This document shows positions 27,698 to 40,534 of a stretch of DNA of 64,000 bases, one piece after another. A model generated the notes under the pieces. It was not told the origin of the DNA. It saw only the letters and a list, made by a program, of their open reading frames with translations, and searched no databases. Where the stretch lies: NCBI RefSeq assembly GCF_009914755.1, contig NC_060929.1; one strand, 5' to 3'. Position numbers and translations under genes: made by a program. This DNA comes from the human T2T-CHM13v2.0 reference genome, Homo sapiens. Numbering within the stretch: position 1 is the stretch's first letter; each line of letters starts with the position of its first letter.

Positions 27698-28896
27698 TAC
27701 CTGCCCCATCTAAGGGTTTTCAGATCTGCCTGTTCAGAGCCTGGGTCTTTCATGCATTTACCACATCACCTTTGGAGATGGAATTAATATTTCATCTGGC
27801 AAGAGAAAGACCAAAAAAGAAAACTGAAAGCCAAAGTAGACATCTGTATTTGCCCTTCATAAGTTAGGAAATGAAATGTGGTACAAAAAAGAATTTAATA
27901 TTTTTAACCAAAGGGTACACTCTGAAGTATTTAGCAATGATTGAGTTCTAAGAGCTGTGGTCAATTTTATTAATAGGTCCACCTAAGTTTTTATTTTGAA
28001 AGAAACAGTGGGATGTCATAATATTCTCTCTTATAAGCTAATATACTTTTTGGATGCAAACCAAATCAGAAGAGAGTCATGCATTATAGGTGATACTTCT
28101 TTAGTGGTGATAATCAAAACAAGTAGGTTTGCCCTATACTGTGCCCAGTATTCAGTGTACTAGTTAATCCCTTTTTTTTTTTAATGAGCACTTATTATCA
28201 GCCACTATTCTAGGCTCTGGGGATATAACAGTGAAGAAAACAGACATCTCTGCCTTCATAGAGCTTGAAATATAGAGTGTTGAGTGAATTCTATATTATC
28301 TGATAATTGGGGCTATTTAAAAAAAACACACACAACACTCTTTGGACTATTCTTATTGCCCTTCCATTTTGCTTTCCTATCTTTCAGAGTTTTGTTGGCT
28401 ATATGTGAGACATACTGGTTAATTAAGTTACAGTCTTCCATTTCAGAGAGGCAATCAAAAGTTGTGAGAGAAAGAGTTGTCTTTAGAGTCTGTCAAATCA
28501 TTTCATTTTAAGCTCTTCATTTCACATTTCCATCATGTAAAGTACCTTAATTACAGAATCCTTTTTATTTTCTAATTAAGTATTGTAATACAGTCAAGGA
28601 TTTTAGTTCTGTAGACACTTCGTAATATGCTTAAGAGCACTTAATATTTTGAACTTTGGGCAATCCACAAACACAGTTTGTTTTAAAGATAAAGGGACAG
28701 TAGTATTTTAAAAGCTATAGTTTAGTAATTAGAATGGGAAGCATGCCGGATGCCTTTTATTGCTTCCATCTGTTTAAAGATAATGAAAATAAGAAATTGG
28801 AAAAAAAAATCTTCCAGGAGACTGTAGATTATTAGCTACAGAATATTCCTTTCTTTTGAAAAAATTGGGTAATCCCTTAAAGATATTTATTGATAG

Positions 28897-29222
<326 letters not shown>

Positions 29223-30216
29223 TCTTTGGTAATTGTGGGCTTTGCTTGCTGGGCCCTCAGGATTGTATATTTGTGCTTATGCTGTATGCCACCCACCTCA
29301 GTGCATGTGTGTATACGTGGATTGTTTTAGTATCTTAATCACCAACTCCTTTTTAGGAATGGTCTCCTTTGTGATACATTTATTTTTTAGGAGTGGTCTT
29401 CACCTATTGCTGGTTTCTTAGCAGTGAACAAAACAGACAAAAATCCTGCCTTCATGGAGTTTCAAATGCAGAAAGGAGACAATTAAACTTAATTTAAAAA
29501 ATCGATGTCAAATGGAGAAAAATAAAGCAGGTTAAGGGAGATAGCGAGTGATGAGAAGAGTTGCTGTCTTTTACTGGTCAGTTATGGGAAGTATCCTTGA
29601 GATGATAGCATTTGAATAAAGAGCTGGAGGAAGTGAGGGGTGATTCACATGGATGTCAGGGGAAAGGGTGTTCAAGGCAGAGGCAAGAGAAGGTGCACAG
29701 CCCTGAAAGGAGCATGTCTGACTTCTGACTTGTTCAAGGAACAGCAGTGGAAGCCACTGTAGCTGGAATAGAGTGGGCAAGGGACATTATCAGAGAGATA
29801 ATGGGGCAGATTATATAGGACCTGTGGGCCATTTTTAGAACTTTGCTTTTTATACTGGTTAAGAAAAAAAGTCAGTGGAAGGTTTTGAGCAAAGGAATGA
29901 AAGACATTTCTTAAGTCTTAAAACCAAGATCACTCTGGCTACCATGTTGAGGATAGATTGTGGGAGGCTAAGATGGAAGGAGGAGACCAGCTAGAATTAC
30001 TGCAGTGATACCCAGGAGTGGGGATGGTGTTTGGGCCAGGGTGGTGGTGGTGGAGGTGGTGAGAAGTAACCAGAGTTGCATCCCATATGCATTTTGAAGA
30101 TGAATTCAAAGATTCGCTGATGGACTGGATGTGTAGGGTGTAAGAAAGAGAGGAGGTACCAAGAGTTTCTGGTGTGAGAATAGAATTGGCATTTACTGAG
30201 CTGTGGAAGATTGCTA

Positions 30217-30558
<342 letters not shown>

Positions 30559-30804
30559 TCAGGAGTTTAGTTTTGACCATATTAACTTTGATGATGGGCT
30601 TACAAGACAGCCAAGTGTAGCTATCTAGTAGGCAGAGGGATCTAAGAATCTGAAGTTAAGGGGAAAAAGAGCTAGAAATAGTACTTTGGGAATTATTAGC
30701 ATAAAGAAGTTATTTAAAGCCACAAGACTGGATGAGGCCATGAACTTGTAGTGTAGATAGAGAAGAACAAGGAGAGGATAAGACTTGCTCAAAAACCAAG
30801 AGAA

Positions 30805-31200
30805 GAAAAAACCCAGAATAGAAACCTACAATTCAGAAAATGGGCACAGATTTTAAAATAAACTATCAGTATGTTCAATGAATTAAAAGATGAGACTGTG
30901 AATTTTGTTAGGAGAACTGGAAATTTAAAAACAAATGGAAACATTACAACGAGAAAGTGAAATAGTCAAAATGAAGAACTTAAAGGAAGATTAGACTCAC
31001 CTGAAAAGAGAGTTAACTGGAAGGCAAGTCAGATGGACATCTTCAGGCTGAAGCACAGATAAGAGCTGAAGAGTTATGTGTAATGTGGGTGGAAGGTCTA
31101 ACATACATGTCAGTGGAGTCTGAAAGAAGAGGAAAGGTGGAAAAGAACAGAGTACTATCAGAAGAGGCAGTGGGTGAGAATTCCTCAAAACCGATTAAAG
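30805..31200 (+). mobile_element. Old L1M/HAL1 ORF1-region fragment
   Basis: agattagac.cacctgaaaagagagtt...ggtctaacatacatgt..tggagtc...gagaattcctcaaaaccgat, ORF1-like A-rich motifs. Confidence 0.65.
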
Positions 31201-31779
31201 AGGAATGGGAGGAGAACTTGATATAGTGCATATAGAGAATATTTTCGAAGAGTTTTGTTTAAAAGAAATGAGGTAATAGCTATTGGGACATGGGGACAAG
31301 CAAGTCTTTGATTGTTTGTTTCTTTTTAGGTATTAGAGCATGCTTATATGCTGATAGGAATGATCTAGGAGGGAGACCAGTGGAACAAGAGAGAGTGGGG
31401 ACAGTTGCATGCCATGTGCTATGTCTTTTAGCGGCTAACAATGGCTGGGATCCAGTGGCAAGAACAAGATTAACATTTCTTCATGACCATCTCCAAATCC
31501 CTATTTGCCTTTAAATAATTAATGACAAAAGTATATCTGCTGTAAGAATACTGTTTCTTAGCAGAGAACTATTTTAAATGGTATGATTCTTACTATCTTT
31601 TATTTGCTCTAGTTTTAATAACATATTTAATAGCAACATCTCTCTCATGCCCTCACTCTGGTGATCACCTAACCCCCAACCCCGACAGACTTCTTCAGTA
31701 TGGAGGCACTTAGGACATCTCGGGATGTCTTTAGTGGTAGTATTTGAACTACAGAGTCGTTAAGACGGGCAACTTGGGA

Positions 31780-31998
31780 GACTGATAGCTGAGATTTGAA
31801 TCACATTTTCTTCACTTATTGGGTGTGGAATTTTGGGCAGATTATGTAATCCTTCTGAGTCTCAGTTTCCTCACTGGTAAAATGTGGTGGGATGGTATAT
31901 TAGTATCTATTCTATGGGGTTATTGTGAGTATTGAATGAGATAATAAATACATGTTCCTAGAGCAGTGCCTAGCACATAGAAAATAGTCCATAAATGC
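31780..31998 (+). mobile_element. MIRb
   Basis: ctgagtctcagtttcctcactggtaaaatg...cagtgcctagcacatag. Confidence 0.85.
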
Positions 31999-32045
31999 CT
32001 CTTGCAGCAATCTCTGGTTCTGGAAAAACATATTGGAAGTAGAAG

Positions 32046-32192
32046 AGTAGTTCTTACATTGAATGTACGTTAGAGCCCCGTTGGGGCTTTTCAAAAATAC
32101 CAGTACATGGGTACTCTCCTTTGAAATTCTAGTTTAATTGGTTTAGGTCAGATCCGAACACTTCAGTTTTCCTAATTTGCAACCAGGGTTGC
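32046..32192. mobile_element. MER5-family hAT MITE
   Basis: agtagttctta...attctagtttaattggtttagg...tgcaaccagggttg. Confidence 0.55.
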
Positions 32193-34672
32193 AGTGGTCC
32201 AGGAAGGTTATTCATTTAGTTATTCAGTATATTCCTGCCCCCAAGAATCTTTGTATTAGTCTTACATTTGCCAAGACCACGTTTACAAAGGTGCTTTTGA
32301 TTGAGCCTTTAAACCTTGGCTCATATTTTTATTCTGGATGACTTGGAAATGTCTGTGATGGTAATGATGTTTTTCTCTTCAGACCGCTCTCTGATGGTAA
32401 TGATGTTTATCCCTCCAGACTTCCAGTCAGCTAGAAGTGTACCATTCTTGCTTCCCATGTCATATCTGGTCATCTGTATTCTGCTGTTTGATTCTCTTTC
32501 ATGGAACTTGTAGTCTAATAAAAATTGCACAAATCACACCAAATGAATTGTGTGGTATGCCCCAAATAAAATGGAGTATTCATTGTTGCACATTTGCTTT
32601 TTTCATTTGACTTAAAATATACAGCCTTTGGGACAGTTGTTATCACATTAACTCTACTATGGCAAGGAAAGCTAATTTAGTAGAGAAATTGGCTGGAGTG
32701 TCTCATCTAATAGAAATAAGCATGAAACCACTTTGGTGTCTCTTCTTTTCAAGGACTGCTGTTTTTCCATAAAATGTGTAAGCCCACAGTTTGATACTGA
32801 AGCCCCTATAATTCATGCAGCTGTGACTTTATCGTTTTAAATATTACTTTCCTATAAATTAATAGTCCTGAGAAATGTGAGGCCATTTAAAAATCACAGC
32901 ATGCAAATGAAATTTTGGAATAAACTTTTGGCATAGCTAGTAAAGGGGCCAGGTGAGTAAACAGGTTGCCTATAATGAAGTGTTGCCAATGCTAGGGTAA
33001 GAATAAGGGTTGGTTTGTGTGCAACCAGGTAGCAGGGCAGTGACTGGGGCTTGACTGGCAGCCTGCCAGAAAGAGGCGGCCTCTACAGTGAGAGCTGCAG
33101 GATGAGGAGGCGTAGCCAGATGCAAAGGGAAGGAAAGAGGCGAACATCATGCTTTGGGCTAAGGGGAAGAGCATATGGGGGTCAGAAAACAGTGTGGTCA
33201 AAGGGAAGTTTGACCATACCTGTGTATGCCTGTCTTGCATAATTATGAATAGCCCCTTTTTACTCAGAAAAATGAACTGCTTTAGACCATGAGTTATATA
33301 TCTAGTCTCTCTACCCATGGGTGAAATGGAAACTTGTACAAAGGAATGATACAAGAAAATGTATGGGCGTTTGATTCATTAGTTGCTCTTCTTTCAGATG
33401 GCCCCTCATTCACACCTAGCTAATTACTCCATTTAGAAATAGTAGGTTATACTTAATACACTACTGTACTGTAACTGTTGGTATCTTGTTCCTCTGGGAG
33501 AAACCTTCTTTGTCTTGTTTTTCTTTTTCATGAGATTCAGTCGCATTTTAGGATATGTGATGATGTTTGCTGCTTATTACATTTCTCTCATCTTTTTATG
33601 TGGCCAGAACTAGGTCCCCAAATGCTGCTGGCAGAATTATTGAGTGCAGTGATATCCACTTAGCAACCCCAGAGTCATAGTTGGTCGCCAATTCTCACCT
33701 AGTTAATTCTTTGTCCTTGTTGATGCCGAGTTCCTACTCCACCACTTATGGTCAGTGAATTTTAATCTGTTCTTCATTTTACTGCAGACGGACTGAAATC
33801 TTAGGAACACTACCTATTTGCTTAATACGTTAGTCTATGGAATGTGGCTGCTGCTGCTAATAGTATCTCCAACAAATTATAATTGATTTTTTTTGTTCTT
33901 CAGCAAGTGGTGAAGAAATCTGGTATTCACCTTGTCAAAATGCAATCCATTTTCATGTATTCATTGTAAATTAAAAATATTAAGGGCCAGGGTCCAGTAT
34001 TTATCAATAGTGAGCCTAGCTTTTAAAAGAATCGCATTTTGAAGTTTGCCTTATTTATTGAATCATTTCCTATTCACTATATGGTAAGGAAAATCTTCCA
34101 TTTGAATTTAAATGAGGAAGTAATTCCATGGGATCAGTGAGTTGTTTCATGGCTTTGTACCAAATGCCAGATCACTCAGAGTACAATCAAAGCTGTGCTA
34201 ATTTGGAACAGTTTTATTTTATGATAACAACTGGAAATGTAAAGAAATAATTAGTTATACTTTCTATCTTTGGCTTAATATTCTGTAATTAGATATCAAT
34301 ACCTATGGTCACGAGGCCTAATGTAGGGAACTCTAATTTCTGAGTGGATTTTATACAGAATATTTTATCCCGAGAGTCTTGTTTACAGCCTTTCTGAGTG
34401 TTAGTATCTCCTTTGCTTAATTACTTTCTTTGACTTTTAGTCTCCTTGCTTGTAGCAGATATGCAAGATGTTTGAAACTTAATCTCCAGGCTTTTTACTG
34501 ACTTTATAGAAAGGATTTGAAAGATCACTTTTCTGCCTCAGTTGGTAATTTGTATCCATTTAAGAAGGGAGTCTAGAGTGGGTTGTGGAGAGATGCTGAA
34601 TCGGGGGTATGTTAGTGGGAACTAAGCAGATTTGCCACGTATCCTAGTTAGATTTCCCCAAGAGGAAGACGA

Positions 34673-34800
34673 CTCTTCTCTGTAAAATGGGAACAATAAT
34701 AGTACTAACCCCACAAGGTGATTGTGAGGTCTAAGTGTTAATTCGTGTAAAGTGTTTAGAATATTGTCTGGTACATAGCAAGTGCTGGAATGTTAATTCT
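34673..34800 (+). mobile_element. MIR 3' half
   Basis: tctgtaaaatgggaacaataatagtac...gtaaagtgtttagaa...ctggtacatagcaagtgct. Confidence 0.85.
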
Positions 34801-36937
34801 TGGTTTGGTATAATTTTGTTTAAGAGAATCTTCAGGACATCAGACTTTCTCAAGAGAACTGTCCATGTTTGTGAAATATGATTTGCTTAATATTCAGAGG
34901 TAGTAGGGGGAAGCCAGAGGTGGGAGGAAACCTGGCTTTGACCATATTTGATTGACAGCTCCTGGTTGCTGAGAGACTAGCAACAGTGGGACTTAGCAGA
35001 TCTGCTTTGGCACAGTGGAAGGAGCTAGCGCGGGAGGAATCTCAAAACTACCCTAGACTTGCAGAGGGAAAAAAGCACCCAGGAAGTATCCAGAGCTCTA
35101 AAAATAAGGAGCTTACTGGATATAGTGAGACTGCAGCATCCTTAGTACATGTTCCTTTTTCTAAATCTCAGTCTAGTGCCTGTATAAGAATTCAGTTAGA
35201 GGAAAACTGTAAAATCAGCATGAGAATTTCCTTCTCCTCCACCATCTACCACATCTCAGGCTTAGTTTTCAGGGAAGCTGAAACTAAAGAGATAGAAGGG
35301 TGATCTTCTCAACCTCTAGGTGGATGTGCTCTGGGGCGGGGATGCTGCTTGAAGACTCAACAATCTCGAAATGTGCCATAGCTTCTACAGAGTGGGCGCT
35401 CCTGGTGGAGAAGGGGGTGTACCCTATGCGTATTTATTTAAAATGAGAAGAGATCAGTGGGTGTAGTGAAAAGTACCAGTTTCCACACAGCTCCTTTTCT
35501 TTGCAACACTGCATGGGTAAAACACATCCAAGGCTATTTGAGGATGGTTGCTGTGGGAGGAAGCAGGTGAGGATCACATACAAAGGACTGTAGAGTGTTG
35601 CAACCCAGTTGACATTGTCCCTCCTGGGCTCAGCAGCAGTGGGAGAGGTAGGGAGCAAATACCAGGAAAGCAGGGTAGAACTAAGGCTGCCTGGCTTTGG
35701 GCTGGGAAGTTGGACAGGTGAGGAGGGTCTGAACTTGAAGCTACTGGCTAAAGAAGGTGTTTGAAGTGCTGCTTGCAGTGCCTGCACTGGAGAAAAGGAA
35801 ACTGTTGAGGGCCTGGAGAGCTTGCAAGAGCCAAGAGGCACTGTTTCTGGAATGAGAGAGTGAGAAGTACAGTGAGGGTGGGGGTGTGGAGGAAGGAGTT
35901 TTGCTTTTGGGCTGGGTTACTGGGTGTCGGCATTTGAAAGGTGACATTTGAGGTAAGCCTTGAATGAAGAATAGGTTTGCCAGGAAAAAATGGGCAAAGG
36001 CCAAGTCTGAGGATGAAGCTTATCTCCTTAGTGTGAAGTTGAATGTCTGTCTGGCATTCAGGTAGTAGGAATAAATGACAAGAGGTGAGCCTGGGAAGCC
36101 AGGTGACTGCTGGGATGTGCCGGGTTTTCTAATGCCTTGCTCAAATTTGGTTGTTTACACTGCAGAATTGGGGTGAGTTCCAGCGAAGGTGTGGCAATTA
36201 ACCTTTTGCACTGCCTGGTTATAATTTTTGTGAGACCATTATGAAAAGTGACAGTCCTATGCGTCTTCATCTTATTCAAAGGAAGTATAGGAGCAAATAC
36301 GCCAAGGTCAAATATAAATGGCTCTTGGAGTTACTGTGATTTTTGGATTAGTCATAGCTCTTGCAGACTCTTCTCCGGTGGTACAAATAACCACTCCTTC
36401 ATTGTGTATGGGTCTCAGTTTTAAGAAACATATAATTAAAATATTTTAATTTTTAATACAATCATACTAATTTGCAATAATTTACCAACTCCTAATCGTT
36501 GATTTACTTTTCTCTTAGGTGAATTGATTCCTTCCCGAGTTTGTTATAAATCAGGATTGTGGAAGCCATTTAATTATGTTACTTGGTGAACACGAACTGT
36601 ATTATATTTTGGATAAAGTGTACCTCAATGACATGAAAGTTTGGCTGGGGAATTTCTCAGAAAAACTTTTTAATTGAAGGCATAAAGAAAAATATTAAGC
36701 AAGAAATTTTCTTTTCCTTGAGGATGCCGGGCAGTGTATCTCACTAGAACTATTTTGCACTGACATCCCTATAAGAACAAACACAGAGTAAGTTCCCAAG
36801 AAGATGAAGGGCTGTGATTAGGCGGTCGACTAGAGAAAGTAAGCATGATTTTTTTTTTTTTTTGCCCTTTTGTAACTCAGAAGGTGAGATAAGGACGTTA
36901 CCTGAAAGTTTTCAAACAAACTAAAAACATTACTCAG

Positions 36938-37048
36938 ATATTATAGCTTGCCTGGGACAATCTCTATTTACACTTAACATAATTATTAATCGCGCCCTTT
37001 CGCTCTGAAGTGTCCCAATTTGGAAAGATAAATCATTTTGTCACTTTA
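36938..37048 (+). mobile_element. MER94 (hAT-Blackjack)
   Basis: ttgcctgggaca...taattattaatcgcgccctttcgctc..aagtgtccc.atttgga..gataaat...gtcacttta. Confidence 0.75.
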
Positions 37049-37241
37049 CCCTTCTATAGGCCTACCTCCTTGACACAACCATTTTTACACTGGTGTTGTA
37101 TTTTAATATTTTACCATGCATTAGTTTTTTCTTATATGGTTGCTGTGATTGTGTGTGTGTGCCATTTCATAGTCTTGTTCACTTGATCTGTTATAAGCAT
37201 TTTCTACTTTGCACAGTTTTTGTATTTTTTTAAATTGCTGC

Positions 37242-37696
37242 TGTGTCAGTTGAAAATGCATTTAGGTAAAACCCAACTGATAGTATCTTAACCAATAAGA
37301 AGTTTGTCTATTTCTATTTCACTTGGCAAGGGCTGGTGCAGTTGCTCTAGGACATTATCGAGGATGGAGACCTCGTCTTCCCATTCTTTCGTTCTTTGGG
37401 GCATGTCTTTTATCCTCCTGCTGTGTTTCCAGCATCACATTTGTGTTCCAGTGTGAAGAGGGTACAAGAGTGAAGGGTAAAAGGGAACCTACCAGCTAAG
37501 TCTGTCCCTTGGCAGAAATCTTTCCCTAAGACCTATCTAGCAACTTCTCTGAATGTTTTCTTGGTCGGAACTGACTCCCATGTTTACCCTAAGCTGCAAG
37601 AGTATCTGGGAAAATTTCCAATTCTGCATTGGAGGATGACCAGGAAGAAGGGGCTGTTAATGGCTTTTTGGTAGCCAGTCTACAAAGTCTGCCACA
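37242..37696 (-). mobile_element. MLT1J-like LTR
   Basis: tgtgtcagttgaaaatgcatt...ttggtcggaactg...agctgcaag...gtctgccaca terminus. Confidence 0.75.
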
Positions 37697-38399
37697 GCCA
37701 TAAAATACGGTTTTGCCTTAATGTGGGAATATGGTTTTGGAGAGAATAATTTTCCTTCAAGAATTAACCACTCCCATACCACTACAAAACTCTATAACAT
37801 CCATGACTGGGCAACAGTGATGAGAGGTTAAATTAAGCTCTTTCAAGTGAGGTGCAGTGATCTTACACAAAGTCCAAGTTAATTTTTTTCCTGATGTAAT
37901 TGTGAAAATAAAACCAACTAATTCACTCACTCTTTAAAGAGTGTGTTTCATTATCCTAGATTGTGGTGAGCCCGACCAACTTTAGAAGATCATTAAAAAT
38001 GTGAAAAAAATGCTGTTTAATTTTTAAAAGCATCTTGTAATGTCAGTGTCTTACATTGGCAAACTATAAGTTCTCCCATTTTTAGCTCAGAAACCCACCA
38101 ATGATGTGCATGAATATTTTAACTTGTTCAAATCCTTCTAAGTGTCTTAATTTTGTTTGATTTAAACATGTAGTGTATTTTATTTAATATCTGCTGCTGC
38201 TGTGAATCCAAACCATGTTCAGTAAATTTTGGATACAAATAATGAAATATAATGGATTTAAACACAGACATATGTAGGTTTTAGCTCACCATGTTTACCC
38301 AGATCATGTGTGCATATATGCATAACCTTCCTCGCCCCGAAGAAAAACTGCCGCTAACTATTGACACCTGGGAAGCATCATCTTTTCATCAGTTAAAAG

Positions 38400-39420
38400 C
38401 TTTATTAAGTGAAATGTCCTTCCTTTTTCCCTCCCTTTCCTTTTATCCCATAGTCAATTTTTATTCTGTCCCATCCCCCACAGGCAGTCATTTTAATGTA
38501 CATCTTTTTATTTGAATGAGTTATTGCACAACCAGTATTGTTTCATTTGAATGTATTTTCGTTTTCTATCTTATATTGCTTATATTATTTGCATCTTAAA
38601 AAGGTATATATCCCCACGGATTTTGGAAGAAATCAGGAGAGAGAAAGGATACATAGTATCTTAAATTACACATTATGTAAATCACCATGTTTCTCAGGCC
38701 CCTTTTATATTGGCCTGTGTGCATACAGTTCTTGTCTCTTTCTGCCGCCTGTGATGCATCCACTGCAGTTTACTAACCACTTTCTCATTGATGGGTTGCT
38801 TTTAACTTCTGGCCACCACAAAGAGTGCTCCAGTGAACATTTCTGTCCTTGTTGCCTTCTGGACCCGAGTGAGGAATTCCATGGGATTTATACCCAGGGG
38901 CAGGGCTGTTAAGTCATAGAATAATTATATACAGTACATCATTTTATAATACTTAATGCCTGATTGATCTCTCTAGTGGCCTATCAGGTACATATCCCCC
39001 AGCCCTTACATGAGGGGTTCCCTGTCCCCCACATCCCTGTCAGCCCTTGGTGTCTTTCAGCTTCCTGATATCTGCTGATCTGATTGGTATAGAGTAGTAA
39101 CTTTTTGTTTTAATTAGCGTTTCTCTAATTACCATTGTTTGAGCATGTCATCAAGTGCATATTATTTTGTGTGTGTGAGTGTTTTTCTCTTCAGTACATT
39201 GCCTTTCATATCCTTTGGCCATTTTTTTTAACTGGAATTTTTTTGGTTGATCTGTAGGGGTTTCTTGGGTATTGTAAAATTTAATCTTTTGTCAGTTTTA
39301 TACATTTAAATTATCTGCTTACACTTTCTCAGCTGCTTATAAATTAACTTTGTCCATAGTGGTCTTCTTTAGATAGAAATTCTAAAGTTTCGTGTTATTA
39401 TAGTCATCAGTTTTATTGTT
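38400..39420 (-). mobile_element. L1ME-class fragment
   Basis: gggatttatacccagg...ccccacatccctgtcagc.cttgg...gttttaattagcgtttctctaattac...catatcctttggccatttt. Confidence 0.75.
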
Positions 39421-39602
39421 TTTTTGCGGATTCTTAGCCAATTACCTGTCTCCTTTCTTCTTTTGTTGTTAGATGTTCTAAAAGTATTTATTGTATCTTA
39501 ATTTTGAAGAAGCATGATTTTTACTTACCACTTATGAAGTTACCATCCCTTTCTGAAACATAACTTGCTATATATTTATCTATTGGAACTACAATACGCT
39601 AG

Positions 39603-39876
39603 TTTTTTTTGTTTTTTGTTTTTTTTTTTTTTTGAGACAGAGTCTTGCTCTGTCACCCAGTCTGGAGTGACGTGGCGCGATCACAGCTCACTGCAACTTC
39701 CACCTCCTGAGTAGGTGGGATCACAGGCACGTGCTGCCACACCCTGCTAATTTTTTGTATTTTTAATAGAGACGAGGTTTCACCGTGTTGGCCAGGCTGG
39801 TCTCAGACTCCTGACCTCTGCCTGCCTCGGCCTCCCAGAGTGCTGGGATTATAGGCGTGAGCCACTGCACCTTGCC
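39603..39876 (-). mobile_element. AluS with internal deletions
   Basis: About 30 nt lost between two cctcc repeats (cacctcctgagtag); TSD-like tacgctagtttt / taggctagattt. Confidence 0.9.
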
Positions 39877-40534
39877 TAGGCTAGATTTTTTTTGAAAGAT
39901 CTCTAGATGGAGTAGCTAAAACTTAATAGAAATGGAAAGTTTTAATTTCCTTCATGGCTTTTGAGCCTTCATCTTTCATTAGCATAACAAAGTGGTCATC
40001 TACATGAAACTATACCTTGTATTTTTATGTTAGTTAAAAATTTAAAAACAGCATTATATAATGTAAGGCTCTCAGGATTACATAAAGTCTGAAAAAGTAA
40101 TGAGTTGGAAAAGTCTATTCAACTTTGTTTCTCCAGAAGAGAACTTAGATACATAATGCGAAAGTTAAAACTTGACAAAAATGTGGCTAATCATTGGGTC
40201 ATACAACCTGATATTCCCTTAAAAATAGGAATGGTTATACTGCCTTGGAATTTTGAGAATATAAACTTAGGAAGGATGACTTGGTAATTAAATGCTTTAT
40301 TGACCTATGCTGGAATAAAGTGTGATGACTAAGTTTTTTTGGGGAGGAAAAAGGTAGTAAGGCATGAGAGAGTAACTTTCTTTTAAATATATCCAGAGGC
40401 CAACCACCTGCTGTTTGCTGTAAGAGGGTTTCTGGACCCTCGTGGGCAAAGACCACTTAGCTATTCAAAGAAAAAAGCACAAGGATACATGACTACTACT
40501 TGGAGTTCTGGATCCATTACGAAGGAAAAATACT

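Noticed and set aside
32356-32408. 17-bp direct repeat tgatggtaatgatgttt (and tcccttaaagatat twice near 28873-28910)
   Set aside because: Ordinary micro-duplications with no further structure
35394-35408. CTCF-like ccaccaggagcgcc on - strand
   Set aside because: One base short in the core; does not fit CCASYAGRKGGC
35420-35900. Purine-rich stretch possibly an ancient LTR
   Set aside because: Could not match a family with confidence
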